A DNA stretch of 64,000 bases from the NCBI GenBank assembly GCA_965285935.1, contig OZ260662.1, positions 82,088,001-82,152,000 on the forward strand, written 5' to 3'. This DNA comes from Ophelia neglecta. Its lineage: Eukaryota. Positions within the stretch are counted from its first letter, which is position 1. Every line of letters begins with the position of its first letter. This document shows positions 12,293 to 26,300 of this stretch, one piece after another. Under the pieces are notes generated by a model, which did no database searches, had not been told where the DNA came from, and worked only from the letters and a program-made list of their open reading frames with translations. Made by a program: the position numbers and the translations under genes.

Positions 12293-15200
12293 TTAAGCAC
12301 GCTCCTTTATCATTATTACTGCCATTAAATTCATCAACATAACACCGGTCAGTGAGACCGAAGGCAGGGCACTCCCTCGTCCGATCGTATCCCTCACCAG
12401 CTGACATTCCTCCGAGTCCGCATTGGACACACACTTTAAATGCATCATCTCACTGAAAATGCATGAATTTATCCGTTATAAGTTAAAATATTTCATTTTG
12501 AAGTATAGAACTTTACTGCTCATATAGCCCACATTAACCAGAGACAAATTTGGAGGTCTTCTGTCTACTTTACCCCAGAAACCAATTTCGAAGACAGATA
12601 TTGGCAATAAGCATCCAATTTGGACACTGTTTTGACATGTTCACAAATTTCTTCCCTACTGACTGTTATGATGGAAAGCTAAAGGTTAGATGTAAATGTC
12701 AAAAACTAATTTTCTGTTATATTTATGTATGGTTTGGGTTATATGACTTTACTTCAATTTGTATGAATGACAAATGTTTTTACCGACCTATTGTCTCTTG
12801 AAAAACTTGTAAAAAGTATGCAAATTGGCCCACATTGAAGTGTAGATCCCACGAAAGTTTTGAACGAATAAATGCAAACAATCCTAACTTTCTCTTATGG
12901 CTATTTCTTACCGCAATTGAATTGCATCGGAATGTGCACAGTTTCAAATCTTGGCCCATAAAGCCCAAATCTTGACCATCGGGCTATATACTTTAACAGT
13001 CGGCTAATATACATTATCATTGCTTAATAATTTAGTCCTCGATTAAATAAACTATATAATATAATAATAATTAATATATAATAGTAGTTCGAAATGAGTA
13101 GAAGCATGGAACCAGTTAGAACCCCTAGAATGGCCTAGATTGCCGTCGTTCTCTTAAATGCATAAATATTAAAATTTCAGCTTCATTGTATGTAAAAATA
13201 CCCGACAATTACGTAAGAATTAACATATAGGGAGATACAATCAGAAAAACATTTCAGGTAGCATTTCGCATTAATAAGCTACTAGCTTGCGATAATTCAT
13301 TTATAGTTTTGCCATTTCAAAAAGCACCGTCGAAAGGCTAAAGGTTTGTTCTTCTTATGTCATCATTTAAACTACTATGTAGGTGATCCATAGGACTATA
13401 AGCTAGTTGAAGTATACATGTATTTAAATTCATGTTATTGCAAAGGTCCCTCTATTTATATCCAGAACAAATCAAGCAAGGATTTGTCAACTTTAAAACA
13501 CTTTAACTGAGAAAAAAACACCATAAAATTGGATCGACTTTCGTGGTTAATCTAGTTTCATTTTATTCTTACACTTACTTTGGATTGACCTCGCAGGAGT
13601 AATCCAAGTCTTGTTCACGAGCCATGCCCTCTAATTCTTTCAATGATCCCTCACCACAAATCTCCCTGTAAATATTCAATCATCGCTTTTATGGAATTTT
13701 TAGCCGAACTTATCGTTTTATTTGAACCGCATGCCATTTCAGTGCAAAACATATAATGTGTCCACTTGTGTAATATATATATATATATTGTCTGAAGGCT
13801 GGTGAATGTTTATGAAGATTTACAAGTAATCATAGCCCGAATATATAGATGATTTAAATCCCAAACTGATGAACTGAAACACACGTGTGCCATGTACTGA
13901 TTACTGTACATTCACTTATAAACATTAGAAAATAAAGTTAATTATAGCCCATTCTATACTAAGAACTGTTATATAAATTGGCTTACTATAAGATAAATTT
14001 ATACTTACGGGTTCTCCTTTCCAACATCGTTCACAAGCCAAACCTCCATTTTATTAACATTCGGTGGTTTCAAGTTTGGAAGTTCCCGATCGTAAAAGAT
14101 ACTACAGTAAGTTAGAGTAGATAACTTTATTAATATTTTATGTTACAAATCAACTTCATATAATGTACAGACAAGAAGTTATATCTTACATTGAGGTAAC
14201 GAAACCTGCGATTTTTTTTTCACCTCGGTTCTCTGTATGGGCGCATTATATAAAGATTATTCATGTTCAGGTTGTTGGTAAAGAAGATTGTTGGCAATAT
14301 TGTATTTGTTATAAATGTACATAACCACAACGAGTTTTCGATCAATTTGAAAGTGCTGTTCTGGAAAAGTAAATTCATACGATTGGTGACTGAAGGCCGG
14401 AATGTCATTTCCCCTGGTGCCATTTAGAGCTACACGGACGAGTCCCCGAATCTTCTGTGAGAACTGTAAATATAAGATGTACATAATGCATGTTGTTTAT
14501 CGTAATGTCATTCAGTTTAGTAGGATTCTGGTTAGCAAGGCACCAAATAAAAACCTTTTCGTCCTCTTTGGATTGTAGTGCGTTGGGCGTTATGATATTA
14601 AATATTTGTGTGAGGATCTTGGTCCGCTGAACAATAATTATGACACCTTCAACGCCTCCATAAAAATTGGATAAATCTCTAAGCTTTGGAGATCTGCTAA
14701 TCTGTGCCTTGTGCAAAAAGTTATACGACCTTAACAGATCTTGCCAGACTGCGGCCAATGTCCTTTACTCCAGTTTTGTGCAGGGATTTGCAATACTTTG
14801 ACCGCAAGTGAGTAGCTATGGGGATTGGGAATAATCATGACCTCTATCAACTGTCAGAAATGCGAACATAGTGAAACAGGAAGATGTTAAAGACAGACTT
14901 TTACACAGGTGAGAAGATAGATAACTGGGAACACATAATAGTGAGTAATATTTGTATACCACAATTCTTGACAATTCTTGATTACCTTGATTTCTGAGAG
15001 TGTACATTACAGGGAATATAGCTGGATCAAGGAGGTAATTACATGAACACAATGAATTTAACAAGCAAGAGCACGCCCAGTTTTCCCCTTTTTCTCATCA
15101 AATGGGATGCTTTATAGGAAGCTAATAACTCACAGTTTTGATGTTCATCTCACTAATACCTAATCTTAGTTCACCGACGAATATATATATAATACTACTA

Positions 15201-17721
15201 CAAAAAGTCTCCAATCAATCGAAAACCACGCAGTAATTGTCATACACTATCATTGGTATGTCTCGTCTTGTTTTTAGGGACAGTTTTAATTTTTTAGACC
15301 AATGGCCGAGAAAAGGACACATGCCCAAAATAACAGTGCAAGGCAGTCACACCTACAAATAAACAGTTCGTATATCATTGAAGGGTATCCAGGCCGGCAG
15401 AGTGTTCAGGTTTTTCTTTTTTATAGCGAAAAGTATTTCCTTGATATCGATATCGTTGTCAAGCTAGGCACGAAGGGCACCATCCTTAGTGCTACTAAAT
15501 ATTCCTTTTAATTAGGGCATTTTGAGCAGATAGACATATATCGGTGCAGCGTATATCAATGTACTTTCATTAGGCGTAAAAGCACATTATTTGGACCTAC
15601 TCGTCTACTTAAATACTAGTTTCTTTGTTAATTAGGTCTTTATACTTCATTAGGTAAAGATGAACTTTACATTTATTAGTTTAATATGGTCTTTTCATTT
15701 TATGATTTATTAGGTCTTTATAATTTGATTGTCCATATACTGATAACTATAGGCAAAATCTATGTTCATATCTCACAATTAAAAACCTACTTTCTGTACT
15801 TGCCTGGTTAGATACTTCCCTCCAATAGTTGAAATTCGTTTCGCCAGGACAGGAAGCATACGCTGGGCATGTTGTATCACTGATGCCTGATGGTTCAGTA
15901 GTACTACCACAAAAAACCATGTTCCCAACAATATAGCCTGAAAGACAGATGAGAGAAAACCACTCTGTAATCACATCTTAACAACACCCGAAATACTGCC
16001 CTAACCACTCCTCCAATGTTTAATATCCTAATTTTGCGTTCAACCACCACGGTATTCACAAACTACAATATAGTATAAATTTGAATTCCCCATTTGTTTC
16101 AGATAGATTTATATCAATTTTGGTTATTTCTTGTTTATCTAGTAATTATACCTGGTAAATAGTCACCCAAGGCAGTAGCGCGCAACCCATTGTCCGAATA
16201 GCGATAAACAAATGGAAACAGTCCCGACCACAACAACCCCTGCAACAAAATATACCGAGATTAGCATTCGAATTCAATTTTAAATACACGGGGTTCCCTG
16301 CGCCACACGTGTGACGGTTACGGGGTACCAAAAGTTGCTCAAGCTTCAGTACCTTCGACGTACATGTATCAATAGCACTCTCATATTTAACGACCAGATG
16401 ACCATTAATTTTGATAGACATTGTTTTTAGCGTACGAAGTAAAAATTAAAATATTAATATAATAAGCACAACAGTTTGAATAAAAGTATGAATTATCTTT
16501 CTTTTAAAATTCATACAAAGTTATATTGTGCTAGAGTGCTAGACATATAATATGTCAATCAGTTTTCGGTGTTCTATTCATACCTACCGAGTCCTTTGGA
16601 AAAGAATGGCCTGCCTCCTTTGCGAATTCCCTGAAATCTTCCTCCGAACTATTACAAGGACCTTTATGCATGAAAGCATCAGTGAATAATATCCACAAAG
16701 CGCTACAGTTTTTTTGTCTGTAACATAAATCCAATCAGATTAAAGTATTTCTACAATAACTAAGCGTTTATGGCACGCAAGGCCAAAAAAAGTCAGACTG
16801 TATCTTATATATTATCATAGCGAAAGTATTAGATTATATTGAAAAAAGCACCATGGTTGAATTGTGTTTGTTCTATGCTCATTAATACATGCAGGTAGAA
16901 CGATAAAAGTATTACACTGGCAATGCCCGAACGCCAATAACCCACGAAGCCGCTCGTATTTATATTTATTTATACGCCATAATGTCGTAATTAAACTTTA
17001 CACCTTCCGCAACGAAAGTCTAATAGTAAGCATCTAACTGTAAGACATTTAAAGAGGCGTCGGTGAGTGGGGGGGGGGGGGGGGTGAATCCTTATGAATT
17101 AACTGTTTGTCTGGTTAACCAACGAATTTTAATTTGATGTTGAGGCATCCTGGCCTGCTATGGGATAAATCACTTACAGAAAAATCAACATTTTGGGAAA
17201 GTACTATATAAAATTGTTTATCAGGAATCGACCCTAAAGTGTTCTAAAAGTGTTATATTATGTTATATAGGCCTATCAAAAATTTAAAATTCGAAATAGA
17301 ATGGTCTTATGTACAATTGCACACGTGGTCAGACAGCTAAGTTCAGTAAATTAATAGTATTTGTGAACAACATGGGCAATAAGGCAGCATATAGAACGTT
17401 CGGGAATTAAATAATCGAGACAATACTGAATAAATAAATATTCAACTCAATAAACAATAAACAAGTTGGAAATCACTTGATTTAAATTAATAAAAAATAC
17501 TTGTAATGCATCTATTACTGGTGACAAAACAACGCAGTAATACTAACTCACCCGTCCATAAACAAATCAGGCCGAATCAAAGTTTGAAATTCCCAACAAC
17601 GCCCGATAAATACGTCTTCCAGTTGCGCGAAATCTGTGGCTTTTTGATCCTCACCATCACAGCCGACAGGCATAATGGTAAAAACGCTGACAGCCATTAG
17701 CAGAGCAATCAGAGAAATCAT
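12293..17721 (-). CDS. CD38-like: ADP-ribosyl cyclase family, paralog 2; 8 coding exons, ~314 aa, predicted GPI-anchored
   Basis: Exons 17721-17552, 16717-16588, 16239-16152, 15937-15804 (GC donor CAG|GCAAGT), 14463-14381, 14101-14009, 13665-13579 and 12452-12293 join in frame (945 nt). Same motifs as paralog 1, with ALGDYLPG, NYWREVS and IFYDRELPNL. Intron flanks and 3' region are also visibly homologous to paralog 1. Confidence 0.93.
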
Positions 17722-19621
17722 TTTACAGGCGTTCTTTCAATATTCTGAAAAGATATGTTATGCCAGATGTCAACTTGCCATTTGTAAGACTTAGACTGTA
17801 TATTTGGCCAAAAAATAAACAACTCAGGGAAAAAGGGCAGGTATGGAGCATTTGGAGATAACTTGATGGAAGTTTAAAGGTTATTGGACAGAAGTAACAT
17901 ATCTTGCTTAAAGCTATATGAAAGCAAGTTTTGCGGCTAAATGGGTCAGGCTCAACAAATAAAATTGGCTGCCTCGCGACCACGAAAGTCTAGAGCTGAT
18001 GTTTCGTACTAAGGCATTGTTTTCGCAAGTTATTATGTTGATTTGATTATTTTTTCGATTATTGCACCTGAACCGTAAGGTTTCAGACTATAAGGAAACC
18101 TTTTCCCGAGTTTGTTTTTTAAGGGATTAGTGCACCTATAAACCCAGATATACCATATCTGCTATGAAATGCAGCATGTACTAAAACAAGTTTAACATAT
18201 CTATGGGGGAACTACAAACACATGCTGCATGTTATGTTTAACAAAACCCGGTCCATAAAGAACCCCGAGTACTTGCGACATTGATTCTTTTTACATTTGC
18301 TCCTGGATGGCTGCCTTGATTACAGGTGCGGATAGCCAAGGTTACAGGGCCCGATGCCCCTATCTCCTGGCCGTATATGATCCGTAAACATTTTTTTCAC
18401 TGTGACGCGCTTTTGACGATTCAGATTTGATTCAGAATCAGAAACATTTATTAGACCAAGATAGAGCAAGTACAATTGCAATATAGAAAAATAGGAAGAC
18501 ACAAAATAAGATTTATTATGAAACAAACAAAAATGCATATTTACAACAAGTAACGGTGTGTCCTCGCGGTCAGGGAGACCCCTATTAAGTCCTAGTTATA
18601 TGGAAATTGGATATTTCAACGCTAACACTAGGGTCATTCTTCTATACTAGAAGTAGTCACTTTGTAACTATTGGTCATGTCCTAAACCAAGTAAACACCA
18701 TGATTCAATTTACCATGCTGTGAAATTAATTAAAAATGTATATATGTATATATCTATACCTTGTTTTGTTGTAACGCAACATTATTAGTAAGGAGAAATA
18801 ACATGAACTGTCCATGGCCAGTAGCATATGGTTCAAAGTAGAATCTTCAATTCACCCGCCATTATTGTATGTAGGTGTGTGGTTGCAAATAATGTCACAT
18901 TGCCGGACTTGTAAGGTATTATGACGACCAAAATGTTTCACGTGGTGTGTCGATCATATAGTAAATGTCTGTATCATGTGATCTTGATTGAGACAATAAA
19001 GAATTATTATTATTATTATGCTAGCATGGGGGTCACCGCAGGAAATATATACAAAGGATCATAGCAGATAAAAACACGGCGGTGAAGGAGCATTGGGCAC
19101 ACTTCCACATAAAGCATTTACAAAATACATACAGACATATTCACAAACATATCTCACACCGTTCCATGGACCACCTTGACAAGGGTATAGGTAAGAGTAT
19201 TCCATGAATTATGGTTAAGTCGGAGCTGCATTACTTAGCACAAGTAGCAAGAAAAAAAGAAAAGTAAATAAAAGAAAAAATCCTATAGAAATAATTGTCA
19301 ACATAAAATAGTTATAGGCTAGAGAAATGTTACCATACATGCAAAAAACCTGGCTTACCTACGGCTCTCTTTGTTGACCGGGATGTAATGGCCTTACTCT
19401 TTATTTACCCCGATGCTACAATTCTTTTTAAAAGTAAACCACCACATCCGCTTCGATAGAGCGATCAAGCATCTTCAGGTGTCACTGAAAGCTTGCAAAT
19501 TTGCATATACCTTCAGGTTTTACGTTCAGCCCGACTTCAAAGAGAGGGGTGAAGGAAAGTTCAGGTGACGGGCCAATGACCATTTGACCTAGACTATTAA
19601 TAACATTTGTTTGAAATTCGG

Positions 19622-20192
19622 TGTAGCGGGGGCTATCACTGCCATCTATAACAACACTCTTTGACAGTAATAGATCTTTATTTCGGCGTTCACAGTCTCA
19701 TTAATCACGTACAATCCGTAAGCCACTAAAAATACGTACGATGCTTAAACGACGATCGTTGACCACGTAAAACTGAAAACAAACAAACCTCCATTACAAC
19801 TAGGCCACAGACATAAATTATGTTAATTATGCTGGACGAACACGTGCGTAGGTTTGACATTCTAATTACTGATTTTTATACATCAATAAGACAATAAAAT
19901 TGACGAAACTTATTTGTTTACTATCTATGCATGTTTACCTTCATTCCAGGGTTCACATTTAACAATTTTCAGCGGAATCATTCCTTTAGGAGCATAAAAC
20001 AGGATAGGTAAGTAGCCTAAGACTTGGCTGATCGAAAACCGGAAACAACTGAATCTAGATCTACCGGAAGCAAACACCACAACTAGGAAATACAGAAGCA
20101 CACACAGAGACGCCTAGGGAACTAGGCGTGCATTACCATAATAACCACAGGACTAATGGGGCAGTAGTATACGACCACTAGACGCACTTACA
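19622..20192 (-). repeat. 3' LTR of BEL/Pao element (571 bp)
   Basis: Direct repeat of 26548-27118, preceded on the minus strand by the PPT. Confidence 0.97.
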
Positions 20193-20202
20193 TGGCTCCT
20201 CT
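20193..20202 (-). other. Polypurine tract of the retrotransposon
   Basis: Minus-strand AGAGGAGCCA directly abutting the TG of the 3' LTR. Confidence 0.8.
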
Positions 20203-20394
20203 AAATTTTACCAAATTTACTAACTAAATAACAAATGGTCTCACCACTATACTATCGACAATTTTACAAACATTAATAATAACTTGCACAATAATAATAA
20301 TTTCGAGAAAGGAGAGGTTCCAGCACATCACTTTCAACACCAGTCTTTACCACTGGTTCCCTACATACAAAACAATGATACTTTCATAATACAT

Positions 20395-23300
20395 TCATTT
20401 AACATCAGTGGGCGGCTCCTCGACGGGGTCGCCTCGGCGTATAAGTAGCACGAGCTTGTGGACTGGTCGCTCGTAGGTGGACTGTCGGACGGCCAATCGA
20501 ACCTTCCTAACGAGTCCATCATTACCAGGGAAAGTGTCTAGCACTCGTCCCAGTGGCCAGCTACATCTAGGCACCTGCTCGTCTATCATCAATACTATGT
20601 CATCCTTAGCTATATTTGGTTGCGATTTAGTCCATTTCTGGCGAGGCTGAAGTGTAGGAAGGAACTCCACCTTCCAACGTGACCAAAACTGATCAGCAAG
20701 ATATTGCACGCGTCTCCACCGGCGGCGGCAATATAGGTCCTCTCTCTGAAACACGCCAGGTGGAGGTAGTACCACCTTTGTCTTCAGGGTCAGGAGCTGA
20801 CTTGGGGAAATCGGTTCAGATGCATCAGGTGACCCCATATCTGGAAATGTCAGAGGTCGGCTGTTCACTATGGCCTCTGCTTCAACCATGAACGTCGCAA
20901 GGAGCTCATCATTTAATTGACTTCCATGTTCCATTAGTATAGCAGACAGTGCATTCCTCACTGAGCGAATTTGACGTTCCCAGACTCCTCCTTTATGGCT
21001 AGAATGGGGAAAGTTCATCGCAAAGGATACCCAATCACATTGTTCCTTTAACATTTCTTGTCTTATTTTATTGTGGTCCATCTCGTCCAATGCATGCTGC
21101 AACTCTCCTTTAGCGCCAACAAAATTTGTCCCTCTGTCCGATCGTAATTGACGGATAGGACCACGACGACCAACAAATCTTCGATAGGCATTGAGGAAGG
21201 AGTCTGTGCTCAATGAATGGGCGATTTCGATATGGACCGCGCGTGATACAAGACAAGTAAACAGTGTGCCATACCTCTTTAACTCCCGACGTCCTTCCTT
21301 CACTAAAAAGGGACCAAAAAGGTCCACGGCGCTATACGAGAAAGGGGGACTCGGATCGAGCCTGTCGTTTGGTAAATCCGCCATTTTCTGTCCCAGGTTG
21401 GCTCCTCGTAGTTTGCGGCACATGACACAATGCCATATATGTGAAGTCACGGCAGAGGTTCCAGCAATAATCCAGTACCCAGCGGCTCGGATGTTGTTTA
21501 GAGTCATTCCCCGTCCTGAGTGTCCACATTGTTTGTGGTAATGGAGAATAACTAGCATAGTTATATGACTGTGTCTGGGCAAGATCACTGGATTAGTAAC
21601 TTCCTTTGGCATGTTTGCTCTTTTAATGCGTCCACCAACCCGAACGAGATCATGTTGATCGAGAAATGGGTCCAATCGGTACAGACTGCCACTTTCTTTC
21701 ATGGAAGGCTTCCTTTTTCTTGTATTATCTATTTCCTCGTGAGATTTTATCTTTCTCATAATGTCTCTTTCCTTTGAGAATGCTTGGCCTTGTACCATCT
21801 TGATAATCACATCCTCTGCCTGTTTCATTTCTTCTACATTAACTGGGGCATATGTTTTCATCATTTCTATCCTCGACATTTCTGAATGGTCAATTTCCTT
21901 TGGCCTCTTTACTGATCGGTCTAGCAACTTCTTCTTAAATCTCATGCAGACTGCTATTGCTCTTCTCACACTGTGCCAACTGGAGAACCGTTCTAACCTA
22001 GTCAGGATATCAGCTAGGTTAGTGGACTTTGCCTTTGTAAAAAAGGTAGTCACCTTTCTTACTTCTGGGTCTTCGGGTACAAGCTCAGGTGTCGTGATTT
22101 CTGTAGGGGGTAACATATTAGCAGAAAGGAAATCGGGGCCCTTCCACCAAAGAGAGCTTGTTTTCAACTCTTCGGCTCCTATACCTCGAGAAGCTAGATC
22201 CGCTGGGTTCACTTTTGTGTCCACATAGCCCCACTGATCTGGAGTAGTCGAGTTTCTTATTGTCTGGACACGATTAGCCACATAAATGTGGAATCTTCGG
22301 GCTTCATTCGCAATGTACCCTAGGACGACCATACTATCTGTCCAATAGAAATGTGAAATATTCTCGTAGTCGAGTTCTCTTTCCAAGAAACGTCCTATTC
22401 TAACTGAAACCACAGCTGCGGCGAGTTCCAGTCTGGGCATCGTTACAGGTTTCGAAGGCGCAACTCGAGATTTGCTCATCACGAGGGAACATGAAACATT
22501 TCCCTCGCTGTCTGTCAGGCGTAAGTAGCTACATTGTCCGTAACCCTCCGTACTGGCGTCGGAGAAGTGGTGTAACTGTATATCTTCTGGGGTACCATTC
22601 TTCTCCTCTCTGTAGCACCTTCGAATCTTTAAATCTGATAACTGTTTCAACTCAGTCCTCCATTTATCCCATCTCATTCTCATTTCGTCTGGTATGGGGT
22701 CATCCCAATTAGCACCATCCCTACACAGTTCCTGTAGTATTTTCTTTCCCTTCAATAGAAATGGCGACACAAGGCCCATCGGGTCGTAGATGGAACTGAC
22801 AGAAGATAAAATTCCCCTTCTGGTAAATGGCTGGTCCTTTAGTACAACCACAAACTGGAATGTGTCGGATTCCACACACCATTGGATTCCCAATGTTCTT
22901 TCAACAGGTAACTTGTCTCGAAGCAGGTCCAGGCTTTGGACATCTTTGGCACGGCACTCGTTGGGTATGGCACTCAGGACATCTTTATTGTTGCAGACAT
23001 ATTTATGGAGGTTAAAGCCTCCCTCTTTACACATGTCTGTACTTGACTTTATCAACTGTAGTGCTTCGCTGGTTGTAGCTACCGACTTGAGTCCATCGTC
23101 CACATAAAAATCTCTTCTCAAAAAGTCGGCTGCCGCCTTTCCATAGGCTTTCTCATATGTATCTGCTGTTCTCTTAAGGGCGAAACTTGCGCATGCGGGC
23201 GATGAGGTTGCGCCAAAGGGGTGTACGGTCATTCGGTATGGTATTGGTTCCATATCGAAGTCGTCATTCTCCCACCAGAGAAGGCGTAGAAAGTCCCTGT

Positions 23301-26300
23301 CTTTAGGATTGACGCTCACCTGCAAGAACATACCTTCTATATCACAAGAAAGGGCAACTACTTCCTTGCGAAATCGACACAAGACACCCACCAGATTATT
23401 GTTCATGTCAGGACCTTGTAGTAAGTGATGATTAAGAGTCTCGGACTGATACTCGGCACTGCAGTCAAATACTACTCTCAGTTTTGACTTCTTAGCGTGG
23501 ATCACACCATGATGGGGTAGATACCATATTCTCCCATTATCTAAGGTGTCCTGGCTTGGAGGCACCTTCTCTGCATAGCCTTTAGCTATCATGTCATTCA
23601 TAAAGGCAGTATATTCTGTCTTATACCTTTTATCACTTTTCATTTTAGCCTTAAGTCTTTTGAGTCTTTTCTCAGCCATAGGTCTGTTGTTTGGAAGCTT
23701 GAGGTTATTCTGCTTAAAGGGTAGAGGAATCTGAAAATGTCCATCGTCCCTTTGTATAATCCCATCAGAAACTAACTTGAGGAATCTTCGATCTTCGATG
23801 GACACTTTTTCTTCTGATTCTCTTTCATTAAATTCTCTCTCAAACATTCCTGTGACCTGTACCGGGCTGATTTCTCTGGCCTGCGTTCTAAAGGAAAAGT
23901 GACAACTTCTTTCCTCTATAGTGACTGCTCTACAAAATGACTTTGCGTTCTGTTTGACAGAATTATCCATCATACCAATGACACCCCAACCAAGATCTGT
24001 CTTGATTGCATATGGATCATCTTGCTGTCCAGGTACAATGTCTCTGGGCTTTAACACTCTAGCACAGTTGGTCCCTATCAGTAAGCCTATCTCAACATCT
24101 TTCTCATAAGGGTGTAGATTTTCTGCCACCTTCACCAAATGCGGCCATTGGCTAACCGTTTCAGGCCTAGGGATCTGACTGTGGCTAGCAGGGATATCAT
24201 TTCTGGAGTAGGTAGGCGGTAAAGTGATATTTGTACCATTGTCTAAATCTCTGATCACCAGACCGCTCACTTTTTTACACCGAACGATTTCTTCACCTAG
24301 CATAGTAGACAATTTAAGTTCAATCTTGGGCCCTTCAGCACCTATCTTAGACAAAGTTGATTCTGCTATGAAACAGGAATTTGACTGTGGGTCCAGGAGG
24401 GCGTATACCAACACTTGTCCATCTGGTTTACTTTCATGACTTAGGTACACTGGCACAATCAGGGAATGAAAGCAGTCCTGTACTGGTTGATTGCCATCAT
24501 AGGCTTCAGTTCTGTGTGACACAACCTCATGCTTTCGCTCTTTCTTAGGGGCATTAACCTCATTGTCTCTTACTGGGCCTTTACCTACTAGGGCCCTCTC
24601 TTGTGGGACATAGGAATCATCATGCAATGGAGTCGGATGACAACCTTTACATTTCTCACACGACTGTTTGCTTCTACAGTCCCTTTTTAGATGTCCCCAC
24701 CGCAGGCAACCCATACATAATCCTTTAGATCTCACTAGTGCCATTCTTTCTCGCAGGTTGATTTTTAGAAAGTTCGGGCATACCTCTAATTTGTGGTGGG
24801 CTTTGCAGAGGGTACAAGACAACACCCTGGGGGTATTCTGGGCAGATTGGGTACTGGTAGCATTACAATTGGCAATTTCGATATTACTATCAGGGACCTC
24901 AGTGTGGCTTGCAAAGCTACGGGCGTTTGTTTGCCCGCCTCCCATCCTACGTGGTTGTTCTTTTACAAACTCTTGGTGTGATTTAATTGAGGCGGGGCCA
25001 CAGGCTATTCTTGCTTCCTTCTTTAGAAATTCGCAAAATTTAGCAAAATTTGGATAACAACAATTTTCATAACTATGCAAACAATCATCAACAATTCTGC
25101 CCCATCTGTCACATACATATTTTGGCAATTTGCTTAACAAATTCTGGTTTTCATGCACATCATTTAATACATTGAGATAATCAATAGAATTCATAGCACT
25201 AAGACAATTACATAAAAAATCTGAAAATTTTCTCAAACTCCTCCCATCATTTGGTTTGATCACAGGCCACTTCATTAACTGTGATCTATAGGCTTCAGAT
25301 ATAATGAAGGCGTTTCCGTATCTTTCATCTAAAATTCTACGGGCGTCCATGTAGGCTGAATCATCGTTTAATGTCACAAGACCTTGGATGGCCTCCCTGG
25401 CCTCCCCTGCCGTATATTTCTGGAGATAATACAGTCTTTTGGAAGGGGTCGAAACGTTGTCCTCGATTAAACTTTCAAACGACTTGATCCACAGTGGGTA
25501 TTTGAGAATGTCTCCCTTGAATACTTCTGGCTCTAGCTGTGGTAAGTTGTCCTGGCGATTTGCCAGCAAGTCCGCAAGCCGGGACAAGTCATTCGGAGAG
25601 CAGCTACGTTCTGTAAGAGGGTGGGTAGCTTGATTTACCTCTGTCATGAGAGGTCTAGATGTTGGCAATGTCTGTTGTGCTACAAAGGGGGTAGAGGTGA
25701 ACACAGGAGCAGTAATACCTGCAGAATAATTCATTGTGGGATTAAATGTTACTGTAGGAGATGATGTAGGGGCTTCAGGCGCTAAATTTTGTGGCTTACC
25801 GCTAGACATATTGGAGCCGCGTTCATATTTCTCGAATACTTGCGCCTTTGCTTCGCTAACTGCCATTTCGGTATGCAGATGAAATTCCTCTTCCAACCTG
25901 TTAAGTTCGTATTTTGAGAGCTGTGCCAAATCGTCTAATTGCTGCTGTTGCAGTCTTAACTCCTCAGTTTTGGCCCTCTGCTCCATCTCGATCTGCTTTC
26001 GATGTCTATCAATGTGATACTGCTCATTCAGAGCCGCCTTTCTGGCAGATAATTCTGCAATCTTCTGCTCCTCTTGTAATCGCAAGAGACTTACGTTAGA
26101 ACGAACGCTGGAGCGTGAAAGGTGTGACTTTATGTTGGACGCACTGTCCTTTGGGCTCAGAGTATCCAAGGACATGGGGTTTTTTGTCAGAAAGTCCTCT
26201 ACACTTGCCTTAAATGTTCTCAATATTGTAGACTGTCTTTCATATTGTTTTTCATGCTTAACTTTGTCATCACTGGGAAGATCTAGTAAAATGTCCTCTT

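Noticed and set aside
20203-20394. Possible env-like gene in the BEL element
   Set aside because: Only ~190 bp of AT-rich sequence lies between the pol stop and the PPT.
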